A stretch of 64,000 nucleotides of DNA, taken from a virus (Duplodnaviria; Caudoviricetes). Position numbers and translations under genes: made by a program. The notes beneath the pieces were generated by a model, which made no database searches, had not been told where the DNA came from, and saw nothing but the letters and a program-made list of their open reading frames with translations. Positions within the stretch are counted from its first letter, which is position 1. Each line of letters starts with the position of its first letter. Positions 35,460 to 46,500 of the stretch are shown piece after piece. The stretch covers positions 8,053-72,052 of the IMG/VR virus record IMGVR_UViG_3300021399_000012; one strand, 5' to 3'.

Positions 35460-37361
35460 ATGGGATCAAAATATGATTTCGGTGGTTACGCTACTCGAAA
35501 TGATCTCCGTTGCTCTGATGGTCGAATCATTAGACATAATGCATTTATCGATAATGACGGCCAGGTTGTAGCATTAATGTGGAATCACAAGCATGATACT
35601 ATTGATTCTGTAATCGGTCACGCATTGCTTGAAAATAGAGAAGATGGCGTTTACGCTTATTGTTCTCTTAATGATTCTCCAGGAGCTGACAAAGCTCGTA
35701 GTGCTATTAAACATGGTGATATAGATTCATTATCTATATATGCAAACCATTTGAAGCAGAATGGCAACAATGTCATTCATGGAGTTATTCGAGAAGTAAG
35801 CTTAGTTTTGGCAGGAGCGAATCCTGGTGCTCGTATCGACACCGTTATGATTCACTCTGATGCTGAAGACGGTGAGGAGGCAGAGATTTTTATGCATTCA
35901 CAAATGGATATCTTCAACGACGATCTTGCTGATGATATGTTAGATGACGACATCATGCATGCTGACAGTGACGATGAAGATGAAAAAGGAGAGACTGTCG
36001 AAGATGTGTTTAACACATTGACAGAAAAGCAGAAGAAAGTCGTTTATGCGATAATTGGGCAAGCAATTCAGGACGCAAAGGCTGGAAAATCTGCAAAGCA
36101 TTCTGACGAGGATGAAGGAGATGACGATGTTATCGCTCATGCTGAAATGGAGCTGGGTGACGACGCTACAGTCGAAGATGTATTTAATACATTGAATGAA
36201 ACTCAGAAGAATGTAGTTTATGCGCTTATCGGCCAGGCGTTAGAAGAGGCTGAAATTCAACATTCAGATTATGAAGGAGACTACGAAATGAAAGAAAATG
36301 TTTTTGATACTGATAGTGTTATGACAACAACTTTGTCACACGCAGATATTGAAGAGATTATGGATGACGCAAAGCGCTACGGTTCCCTTAAGGATTCTGT
36401 ACTTGCGCATGCAGCTGATTATGGTATTGAGAATATCGGAACATTGTTCCCATATGAGCCAGAAGATGGTAAGTTACTTAATGACCCATCATTTATTCAG
36501 AGAGATGACAGCTGGGTTCCTAAGGTTGTTCAGGGTGCTCATCACTCACCATTCTCTAGAGTAAAGTCTATCTTTGCTAACATCACAGAGGATGAAGCAA
36601 GAGCTAAGGGTTACATTAAGGGCCACCTGAAGAAGGAAGAGGTATTCCCACTCTTGAAGAGAGCTACTTCTCCTACAACAATCTACAAGAAGCAGAAGCT
36701 CGATAGAGATGATATTGTAGATATTACAGATTTCAATGTTGTTAACTTTATTAAGGGTGAGATGAAGATCATGCTTAATGAGGAAATCGGTAGAGCTATC
36801 CTGGTTGGAGACGGTAGAGCTGCATCTGATGAAGATAAGATTTCTGAGCTTAACATTCGTCCAATCTGGACAGATCATGAGTTGTACACAATTACTCAGA
36901 CGGTTCCATTAGCAGCTAATACTAAAGATGATGATAAGGCTAAGGCTATCGAGAGAGCTGCTGTAAAGGCACGTAAGAACTACAAGGGTTCAGGAAATCC
37001 TACATTCTTCACAACAGAAGATGTTCTTACAGACATGCTGCTTCGTGAGGATACTACAGGACGTAAGATCTACTCATCTATCAACGAGCTTGCTACAGCT
37101 CTTAGAGTTAAGGAGATCGTTACAGTTCCAGTAATGGAAGGCCTTACAAGAGAAGTTGGTGGTAAGACACATACACTTCAGGGTATTATCGTTAATATGA
37201 ACGATTACAATATCGGTGCTGATAAGGGCGGAGAGCTTAACATGTTCGACGACTTCGATATCGATTACAACCAGCAGAAGTACTTGATTGAGACTCGTAT
37301 CTCAGGTGCTTTGGTTAAGCCATACTCTGCAATCGTAATTGAGACAGTACCAGCTGCCTAA
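35460..37361 (+). CDS. Prohead protease-scaffold-major capsid protein fusion (internal MCP start likely at 36288)
   Basis: N-terminal HK97-type protease (WNH, SLSIYA), acidic repeat scaffold, C-terminal capsid domain; GAAGGAGA RBS before in-frame ATG 36288. Confidence 0.85.
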   Translation: MGSKYDFGGYATRNDLRCSDGRIIRHNAFIDNDGQVVALMWNHKHDTIDSVIGHALLENREDGVYAYCSLNDSPGADKARSAIKHGDIDSLSIYANHLKQNGNNVIHGVIREVSLVLAGANPGARIDTVMIHSDAEDGEEAEIFMHSQMDIFNDDLADDMLDDDIMHADSDDEDEKGETVEDVFNTLTEKQKKVVYAIIGQAIQDAKAGKSAKHSDEDEGDDDVIAHAEMELGDDATVEDVFNTLNETQKNVVYALIGQALEEAEIQHSDYEGDYEMKENVFDTDSVMTTTLSHADIEEIMDDAKRYGSLKDSVLAHAADYGIENIGTLFPYEPEDGKLLNDPSFIQRDDSWVPKVVQGAHHSPFSRVKSIFANITEDEARAKGYIKGHLKKEEVFPLLKRATSPTTIYKKQKLDRDDIVDITDFNVVNFIKGEMKIMLNEEIGRAILVGDGRAASDEDKISELNIRPIWTDHELYTITQTVPLAANTKDDDKAKAIERAAVKARKNYKGSGNPTFFTTEDVLTDMLLREDTTGRKIYSSINELATALRVKEIVTVPVMEGLTREVGGKTHTLQGIIVNMNDYNIGADKGGELNMFDDFDIDYNQQKYLIETRISGALVKPYSAIVIETVPAA

Positions 37362-37447
37362 ATAATTTGATCAGGAGGCGGATTAATTCAAAATAGGGTT
37401 AATTCGCTTTCTATTTTAGATTTAGCCGCTAAATGGAGAAAAACGAT

Positions 37448-37771
37448 ATGGCGAATAGAAATAGATATTTGATCGGGTTCGTTGACACACAAGAAATTAG
37501 ACCCGGTATTTGGGAAGAGGGAATTGTCGAGAGAAAATATCGAGGCGATCTGAAACGATCTAGTATAAGATATCAGGCTAGCCAAGAAACAACGAATGAA
37601 AATGTTACAATTTCCAACTATCTTAGTATAGTGTCCGACCGATATGCACTTCGACATATAGAAAATATGCGCTATATCGTTGTCCGCGGCACTAAATGGA
37701 AGATCGAATCAGTGGATCCAACACAATATCCTAGATTACTAATAAATGTCGGAGGTATTTACAATGCGTGA
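37448..37771 (+). CDS. Head closure/head-tail joining protein
   Basis: Position after the MCP; GGAG RBS favours ATG 37448. Confidence 0.65.
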   Translation: MANRNRYLIGFVDTQEIRPGIWEEGIVERKYRGDLKRSSIRYQASQETTNENVTISNYLSIVSDRYALRHIENMRYIVVRGTKWKIESVDPTQYPRLLINVGGIYNA

Positions 37772-38069
37772 TAGAACATCATTTCATGAAGTACTTGTCG
37801 AAGCTTTAGGATCTAGAAATGTGTATTTCAATCCACCAGAAACATTAAAATTAAAGTATCCATGTATTGTATATTCTGCTCCAGCGGACGATGTTAAACG
37901 AGCAGATGATAAGATATACAATAGAATGATGCAATACAATGTAACTGTCATCGATAAAGATCCTGACAGTGAAATAAGTTCGAGAGTAGCTGAACTAGAT
38001 TATTGTAAGTTCACTAGATCTTTTGTGTCCGCAAATATGTATCATTTTGCATACAGAATTTACTATTAA
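37764..38069 (+). CDS. Tail terminator-like protein
   Basis: NVYFNPP...LKYPCIVY; position before the major tail protein. Confidence 0.65.
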   Translation: MRDRTSFHEVLVEALGSRNVYFNPPETLKLKYPCIVYSAPADDVKRADDKIYNRMMQYNVTVIDKDPDSEISSRVAELDYCKFTRSFVSANMYHFAYRIYY

Positions 38070-38085
38070 ACAAGGAGGACTAATC

Positions 38086-38748
38086 ATGAAGTTAGTTTGG
38101 GATAAGTCTGGGGAAAGACGTTACGAAACTGGCGTTAAGAAGGGCGTTCTTTATCCATTAGTTGATGGTGCATATCCTCAGGGTTATGTATGGAACGGCC
38201 TTACAGGAGTTTCTGAGTCTCCATCAGGAGCAGAGGAGACTAAGCTTTGGGCTGATGATATTAAGTATTTATCACTTTATTCAGCTGAAGAGTTCGGAGC
38301 TACAATTGAAGCATACACATATCCAGAAGAGTTTGAAGCTTGTGACGGATCTGCTACAATCGCTCAGGGTGCTGTAATCGGACAGCAGGCAAGAAAGCCA
38401 TTTGGTCTTTCATATGTTACTACAGTAGGAAATGATGAGGATGGAGCTGCTCATGGTTATAAGATTCATCTTATCTATGGTGCTACAGCTAAGCCTTCAC
38501 AGAGAGCTTACAAGACTGTAAATGATTCACCAGAAGCAATCACATTCTCATGGGAAGTTGGAACAGTTCCTGTTAATGTACCAGGATTTGACAAGCCAAC
38601 TGCAAACATTGTCATTGATTCAACAAAGGCTACAGAGGCAGGTTTGAAGGCATTAGAAGATGCTCTTTATGGAACTGCTGAGAAGGAAGCATACTTACCT
38701 TTACCAGAGAAAGTTATCGAGCTTCTTAATACAAAGCCAACACCTTAA
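38086..38748 (+). CDS. Major tail protein
   Basis: MKLVWD..GER.YETGV family signature; AAGGAGG RBS. Confidence 0.85.
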   Translation: MKLVWDKSGERRYETGVKKGVLYPLVDGAYPQGYVWNGLTGVSESPSGAEETKLWADDIKYLSLYSAEEFGATIEAYTYPEEFEACDGSATIAQGAVIGQQARKPFGLSYVTTVGNDEDGAAHGYKIHLIYGATAKPSQRAYKTVNDSPEAITFSWEVGTVPVNVPGFDKPTANIVIDSTKATEAGLKALEDALYGTAEKEAYLPLPEKVIELLNTKPTP

Positions 38749-38761
38749 TAGGTTAGTTAGT

Positions 38762-38815
38762 AAAAATATTCAAAATGGGGGCTTGTTTAGTTTTCAGGCC
38801 CCCAAATATTTTTTA
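38762..38815 (+). terminator. Terminator-like hairpin after the major tail gene
   Basis: GGGGGCTTG/CAGGCCCCC stem with AT-rich outer arms and a T-run. Confidence 0.65.
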
Positions 38816-38838
38816 GTTAAGAAGGAGGAACAATTTAT

Positions 38839-39291
38839 ATGTTAACTAAGACATTTACATTTACAGATTTGGATGGCAACGAGAGAGTTGAGGAGCATTG
38901 CTTTCATTTAACAAAGGCTAAACTTTTTGAGATGGAACTTTCTGCAAAGGGTGGTCTCGACAAGTATATTAGTAGAATCGTTATGGAGCAGGATACTCCT
39001 AAGTTGGTAGACCTGTTTAAGGACTTAATTAAGATGTCATATGGAAAGAAGTCTGAAGATGGTAGAAGATTCATTCAGAGCGATGAGATCTTTAATGAGT
39101 TTGCCCAGACAGAGGCTTACTCTCAGTTGTTTATGGAATTAGCAACTAACGCTGATGCAGCTTCTGCATTCGTTAATGGTATTGTACCACCAGACATTGC
39201 TCAGGCAGCAGGAAATATTCAGATTGATCCTAAGACTGCTAAAGTAATTAATTCAGGAGATGTTTCAGCTATGGCTCCAGCATCAGTATAA
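38839..39291 (+). CDS. Tail assembly chaperone
   Basis: Position between the MTP and tape measure genes. Confidence 0.7.
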   Translation: MLTKTFTFTDLDGNERVEEHCFHLTKAKLFEMELSAKGGLDKYISRIVMEQDTPKLVDLFKDLIKMSYGKKSEDGRRFIQSDEIFNEFAQTEAYSQLFMELATNADAASAFVNGIVPPDIAQAAGNIQIDPKTAKVINSGDVSAMAPASV

Positions 39292-39305
39292 AATAAGGAG
39301 TTGAT

Positions 39306-39857
39306 ATGCTTACAGTTAATGTAAAAGGACGTGAATTGTTTGACGAAGCTAACATGTCATTTTCAGTTACGAAAGACTGTGAGCTTCACTTAGAACATTC
39401 ATTAATATCGATATCTAAATGGGAGAGCAAATGGCATAAACCGTTCTTATCAAATAAAGATCAAGTGACAACTACCGAGTTGTTAGATTACATAAAGTGT
39501 ATGACTCTTGATAAAAATGTTGATCCAAAGGTTTATATTGCTCTCGCCAATGATGTCGATGCTATTAAATCTATAAATGATTACATACAAGATCCAATGA
39601 CAGCAACTTGGTTTTCCGATAAGAAAAAAGGACGAGATTCAGAAGTGATCACATCTGAGTTGGTGTACTATTGGATGACTGCATACAATATTCCATTCGA
39701 GTGTGAAAAATGGCATATAAACAGATTGATAACATTGATCAGAGTATGCAGTGAAAAGAATAACCCAGATAAAAAGAAAATGGGTATAAATGAAACAATG
39801 AGTCAAAATCGAGCATTAAATGAAGCTCGAAAGAAAGCATTACATACGAGAGGTTAA
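39306..39857 (+). CDS. Second tail assembly chaperone-like protein
   Basis: Position; own AAGGAG RBS. Confidence 0.6.
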   Translation: MLTVNVKGRELFDEANMSFSVTKDCELHLEHSLISISKWESKWHKPFLSNKDQVTTTELLDYIKCMTLDKNVDPKVYIALANDVDAIKSINDYIQDPMTATWFSDKKKGRDSEVITSELVYYWMTAYNIPFECEKWHINRLITLIRVCSEKNNPDKKKMGINETMSQNRALNEARKKALHTRG

Positions 39858-39861
39858 GATT

Positions 39862-40134
39862 ATGGGAAATAAAGAAAATACAAATAATCAGACTGAGGAA
39901 CAGGTTAATGACGTTGTAGCTGAAACAGAAACAAGTAAAGCTTCTGAGCCTGCAAAGGAATCACCAAAGAATGATGACAAGAAAATTCAAAATAGGGAAG
40001 AAGTAGATGATTCAGTTTACAGCAAAGTTGCGCTTCAGGTTAAGTCTGGACAGTTTGGAACTGGCGAAACATTGAAGAATGCGATCATCGCTAAGGGTTT
40101 GGACTACAATAAGGTCATGAAGATGGCTAAGTAA
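39862..40134 (+). CDS. Small protein with a Cpl-7 (CW_7)-like cell-wall-binding repeat (90 aa)
   Basis: VALQVKSGQFGTGETLKNAIIAKGLDYNKV resembles the CW_7 consensus. Confidence 0.55.
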   Translation: MGNKENTNNQTEEQVNDVVAETETSKASEPAKESPKNDDKKIQNREEVDDSVYSKVALQVKSGQFGTGETLKNAIIAKGLDYNKVMKMAK

Positions 40135-40159
40135 TTATATTTAATCGGAGTAACGATGA

Positions 40160-40537
40160 ATGATTTCATTTAAAGCAGAGGGGGATTGGTCAAAAACTGA
40201 CAGTTTTTTAGAGAAAGCCCTAGAAGTTGTTCATCTAGGCAATCTCGATAAATATGGAAAAATGGGTGTCGAAGCTTTGGAAAAAGCGACGCCTGTTTAT
40301 ACTGGTTTAGCTTCTAGTTCATGGTATTATGAAATCGAAAGACATGGTGACACTGTAGAGCTTATATGGTGTAACTCAGATATAGAAAATGGAAAAAATG
40401 TAATCGACTTACTAGTTAACGGACATTCTACAAAACGAGGTACATTTGTTCAAGGAAATGATTTTATAACGCCTGCACTAGAACCAGTATTCAATGAAAT
40501 AATTGAAGGCGTTGGAAAGGAGGTTAAGAGCTTATGA
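40160..40537 (+). CDS. HK97 gp10-like tail completion protein
   Basis: ATPVYTG..SSSW.YEI...GH.T..G..VQG..FI.PAL. Confidence 0.7.
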   Translation: MISFKAEGDWSKTDSFLEKALEVVHLGNLDKYGKMGVEALEKATPVYTGLASSSWYYEIERHGDTVELIWCNSDIENGKNVIDLLVNGHSTKRGTFVQGNDFITPALEPVFNEIIEGVGKEVKSL

Positions 40538-43500
40538 GTGATTCAGTTGATGAGAAGGTTGTTCGAATAAAATTCGACAATGAAAAATTCGAGCAAAAAG
40601 TAAAAAACACAATGCAGTCTCTGAAGAACTTAAAAGAGTCTCTTAACTTCGAAGGCGCTGCAAAAGGACTTGAGAATTTTGAAAGAGTTGCTAATTCTTT
40701 TAAATTATCTCATATAGAAGATAGCTTAAATGTTATCGAAAAGCGATTCTCTACTTTGGGAATTATCGGGGCGTCGGTCATTAATAATTTGACGACGTCT
40801 GCTATGGGAGCTTTGTCTAATGCTGGAAATGCCATAGAAAACATGATATCCGGTGGAGGTCTAAACAGAGCTCAGAATATTGAAAAAGCAAAGTTCCAGT
40901 TGAATGGTCTTGGAATAGCATGGGAAACAGTATCTGATGATATTGATTTCGCTGTTAATAAGACTGCTTATGGACTGGATGCAGCAGCTTTGGCCGCTTC
41001 TACTTTGGCCGCATCTGGCGTTGCTATTGGCGATTCTTTCAAAACGATAACCGATCCAAGAGATGGCGTTGAGAAGCAAATAAGCCATATGGCTGTTTCT
41101 TTGAAAGCTATTTCTGGTGTTGCTGCACAGACTCAGAGTGAATATTCTGATATAGCCAACATATTCTCAACTGTAGCTGGTCAAGGTCAACTGATGACAA
41201 TGCAGTTACGTCAGCTTGAAATGCGTGGTATGAATGCTGCTTCTATTATTGCAGAACATATGGGCATGTCTGAAGCTGAAGTCAGAGAGGGACTTTCAAA
41301 AGGTCTTGTTGACTATGAGACATTCGCTGAGGCAATGTATGATAAGTTTGCAGACCATGCTTCTGACGCTAACAATACACTTAATGGTGTACTTGCTAAT
41401 ATCAGAGCCGCATTTGCAAAAATTGGTCAGTCATTCTATACTCCTCTTATTGAAAACGAAGGACCATTAGTAAAGTTCTTGGATAAAATAAGAGGATATG
41501 TAAATGAATTAAAGAAAGACATAGAACCTAAAGATGGTGAACCGACATTAATCGGATCTTTGGTTAGTATGTCTAAAGATTTTATAGCTATAGCAGATGA
41601 CCTATTCAGTAAATTAGATCATTCAACTTTAGGATCATGGCTTAATAGTTTACACGAACCAATCGACAGACTTCATGAAAAAGTCATGGATATGTATGAC
41701 TCAATATGGGGTGTCGAGAAGAAAACCAAAGTAACAGCGACTGAATGGTCTAACATATCTAAATTGTTAGGAGCTGATTCAGATAAACTTAGAGACTCAT
41801 TTATTCAAATGGCTAGAGATAACGGAATAGCCATTGATGAGATGATAGCCAGTACTGGCTCATTTGAAAATTCTTTGAATAACGGTTGGTTATCAGTTGA
41901 TGCATTTGAGCAAAAAATAAATGAGCTTAAAAGTGGAGTTTCTGATACTGCAACATCTCAGGAAGATCTCAACAAGGTTCTCGAAGAATATAGTGCCGTC
42001 GTACATGATGTATGGATGGGCAAGTATGGCGATGACGACGTACGAAGAAAAAATCTTACAGATTTAGGATATGAAGCATCGGTAATTCAGGAACTTGTTA
42101 ATAAGGGCCAGGATTATCAACTAACTCTTGATGATATTGCATCAGTTACTGCGAATTTATCTGGAGAGAATGCTGTTACTTCAGAGTCACTAGATGGATT
42201 ATCAAAAGCGTTAAACGATAATTCGGAAGCTATCGATAAAAATCTTAGAAAATCGAAAACTGAATTGAGTGTCGCTGAGAAATTTCAGAAAACATTCGAT
42301 AATATAGTAGCTACAGCAGATTGGGTAAGAGCAGCTATCTCTGCCGCATGGTTCGTCATGTTCGGTGGTGAAAAAGATAGCAAAAATATATTAGATAGCA
42401 TTGCAACTACACTATATAACATATCTGATGTTATTAAAAATGATATCAAAAGTAATATCGGCGATCTAACAAATACTTTTAAAGGTTTGTTTGCAGCTGT
42501 AGATATTATCAGGATCGTATTTGTCGACATTATAAATCTTGTAAGAATGACATTTGCCAAAGTTACTGGCGATGCTAACATGTCAATACTTGATTTAACC
42601 GGTGGCATAGGAGAACTTATTGTTCAGTTCCACGATTGGCTTGAGTCGTCACCATTTATTGCTGATGCTATCGATAAAATATCGAGTGCTATCGCATTTG
42701 TCATTACAAAAATAAATGATTTACTCGGACTCACTCCTAAGATAAAAGATAGTACTAATAAAGTTAGTATATTTAGTAAGGCTTGGGAGAAGCTGAAAAC
42801 GGTAGTTACGGTTGTTGCTGGTGGACTGGCCGCAATCGTCATGTCTTTAGTTTTAGCAGTTAAAGATCTTATAGAAGCATTCAGAGAAATGGACGGCTTC
42901 TCATTCGATAACGTTACAAAAGCCTTTGATAATTTCAAGAAAAAGTTAACTTCCGATATCAATGGTAAAATAAACGTCGAATTTGGTCTAGCTGATAAAT
43001 TAGACGAGCTCAATGGCAGAATGCATGAGAAATACTTTGCTATTACTCAGGGAGCTGGCGAATTCAAGAATCGAATCACAGATATATTTGCTAATATATT
43101 TGGAAGTTTCGATTTGGATTCTATCATGGATGGCGCCGGAACATTGGTTACAGTATGGTCATTCACAAGAATGGTTAAAGCTCTTAAATCAATAAATCCA
43201 GTAGAGACATTCAACAACGTTCTTGGAGCAGTAGCAAAAACTGTAACAGAATATGGTCGAATGTTAAAGTCTAAGGAAGTAATGTTTATCGCAATCGGTG
43301 TTGGTATATTATGTGCTTCTTTGGCTTTGCTGATTCATACTATAAAAGATGTACCATTGTCAGATTTGGCAACGGCCGTCGGCATTATTGCTGGATTAGC
43401 CATAACTTTAACAGCATGCTTTATAGCTCTGCAAAAACTTAGCGATTCATCAGCTATGTTTACAGCAAGCAAAGGCAAAGGTGTTACTGGAAGTATTAGT

Positions 43501-46500
43501 GGTATTGGCTTAACTATGTTCGGTCTTGCTGCTAGTTTATTAATGATAGCATTGGCTATAAAGCAACTTAAAGACGTTGGTTTTGGCGATGCTATTAAAT
43601 ACATGATAGTTATATTAACCGCTGCTGCAGGAATGCTTGTAATGGTTAAACTATTGGGTGTTGAATCTGCTGCTACTATACCTAGTCTTGGAACTATACT
43701 TGGTTTCGCGGCTGGATTATATGTTACCGTGCTAGTGCTTAAGAAACTGGGCGAAATGGATTGGGAAACTGTAAAAGATGGACTAATCCGAATGATTCCT
43801 ATATTTGCAGCACTCGAAGCGATAATATGGTCAATTAATAAAGGCAGCATAAACGGCAAGACGACAAATCAAGCTGCTAGTGCATTCAAGGGCATTGCAT
43901 TGATGTTCTTAGCTATAACAGCATCTATTTATATTCTAGGACGCATGGACAACGAGGTATTACAGAAAGGTCTTGGAATAGTAACAATCTTATTGTTAAT
44001 GATCGCTGGTTTAGGCGCGGTTCTTAATCTTACATCTAAGGAATTAGAACCAGGAAAGATTGCACAAAGCAAAGATGTCTATACAGGAATAAGCAAGTTG
44101 TTAATCAGTATTGCTGGTACTGTATTCTTATTGGGTAATATGAATCCAACTAGAATGTGGCAAGGTGTAGGCGCTATAGGTATAATATTAGCTTTCTTAG
44201 CTGCTTTAGGCGCATTTGCTAACTTCAAGTTGAAAGGTACTGCTTTAACAGTATCTATGGTTAAGACTATGACTAGTCTTATAGTATCGATAGCAGTATC
44301 ATTAGTACTAGTATCCAACTTATGCAGAGATCCAGCTAGACTGTGGTCTGCAGTAGCCGCTATTGGAATTATATTGTTCGCATTGGCTGCATTATCAGGA
44401 GGATTAGCTAAGGTTAATCTGAAAGGATTTGCGAAAGCTAATGTTCTTAAAAATGCTATTATAGCTATAGGCATGCTAGTTGTCGTAGCTGGTGCTTTAT
44501 GGGCATTATCCACATTTACTAATCCGGAAAATCTTATAGCTAGTTGCATTGCTATTGGTGTTGTGTTTGCCGAGGTTATTGCAGCTTTACTTGTACTATC
44601 TGGTATATCAAGCATAGCACCACAAGCCGGAATGGGCGTTGCATTATCACTACTTTTATTAGGCGGAGTCGCTTTAATATTAGGAGCACTGGTACATTTT
44701 ACAAGCGTTGACGAATGTAAGACAATCGTTGAGATGCTAGCTGCTCTTTTCGCATCTTTAATAGTCACACTAGTTGTGCTAACTGGTGTTGGAGCAGTGG
44801 GAGAACTAGCTATAGCCGGAATTGCACTAATGGATATCCTACTCCTTGATATAATCGGCATGCTAGCACTTATAGGAGCTATAGCAAACGATTCAAAAGC
44901 AGTTGATAAAGGACTAGAAGTTCTTCAAAAAGTTGCAGATGGTATTGGAAAAGCGATAAGTATGTTCTTAGAATCAGCCGCATCTTCTCTTCCAGCTATA
45001 GGTGATTATATTAGCCAATTTATATCTAATATCGAACCAGCCATAAGTCAACTTTCAGAAATGAAAGATGCGAATGTGGGTTCAGCATTGAGTGGAATAG
45101 CTGACATCATAGGCACATTGATGACATTCAAAATAGGGGATCTTCCAACAGAAGAAGAACTTAAGTCTCTGGCAGAACGACTTGGACAAGTATCATATAT
45201 GATTATACTCATGTATGCAATGTTCAAGAATGCTGGTTTTACTACCTTCGGTCTTGCTAAAAAGATGTTTAAGAATGTTGCAGAAGCAATGGGATCGCTC
45301 AATGAGATGATTTCACAAATAACTGGCAACGGTGATGGCGATGTATGGAAACGCGGCGCTAGAGATATATTAAACTATTCAAAAGAAGATATGACTACTT
45401 TGGCTGAACGATTAGGACAGCTAGGTTATATGCTAATTTTGATATATAACGAGTTCTCTAATGCCGGATTTAAGAACTTTGGACTGGCAAAAACCTTATT
45501 CCCTAATATAGCTGATGCTATGAAAGGATTGAACACACTAGTGGCTCAACTAACAGGCAATGGTGATGGCAACATGTTCAAAGAAGGTGTTGCTGCTCTT
45601 AGGCAATACACCGAAGAAGACTTATCATTGGTTGCTGAACGTTTGGGTCAGTTAGGTTATATGTTGATTGTAATATATAACGAGTTTTCTAATGCAGGCT
45701 TCAAGAACTTCGGATTAGCAAAAACCTTATTTAAAAACATAGCCACAGCAATGAAGGACTTAGGCGAATTTGTATCTGAGGTAACTGGAGGGGTATTTAA
45801 AAAAGGTCTAGCAGATCTTGCGAGCATTGATGCAATAACACTGGCTGATGCTGCAACTAAATTAGGAGCATTAGGCTTCATGCTGATAGTATTTTACAGA
45901 ATGTTCAATGCTGCTGGTTTTGTAGATTTTGGAATGGCCCAGAAGTTATTCCCGAATGTATCAGCTGCAATGGATGGTCTTGCTGATATGTCAGCTCATG
46001 CACAGATGGTTCCTTGGGAGTCATTGGCGGCTATGCCTATTGAAGTATTCCAGAAAGCTGGAACTAATATGGCTGCTTTAGGTCTTATATTAGTTGCATA
46101 TTGGAATATATTTGGTGAAGCTGGATTCAAGACATTTAGCGAAGCTAAGAAGATGTTTGCTAATACCGCAGACGCATTTGATAGCTATGTAGTACTATGT
46201 CAAAAACTTCTAGATAATTCTAGTGTTCTTGCTGGTGTTGCTGATACTATAAAGACTGAGTCGATCGCAGCTGTCGGAAATACATTAACGACATATGCAC
46301 AAACTATGGTTGATGTAGGTCTTATAGCCAAAGACATTGATAATGGCGCGTTTGATTATTTAGCTGGTGCAACTGACAAATGGACTAAGCTATTTGACAA
46401 TCTTCCAGATGAGGGTGCTCGTAAATCATTACTCGACGTGGCAGACACAATAAAAGAGTACTCTACAAGGGTCGCTAAGATAGATTTCGATAGCTCTAAT

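Noticed and set aside
39270-39310. Programmed -1 frameshift between the tail chaperone genes
   Set aside because: No clear slippery heptamer before the stop, and the downstream ORF has its own AAGGAG RBS and ATG.
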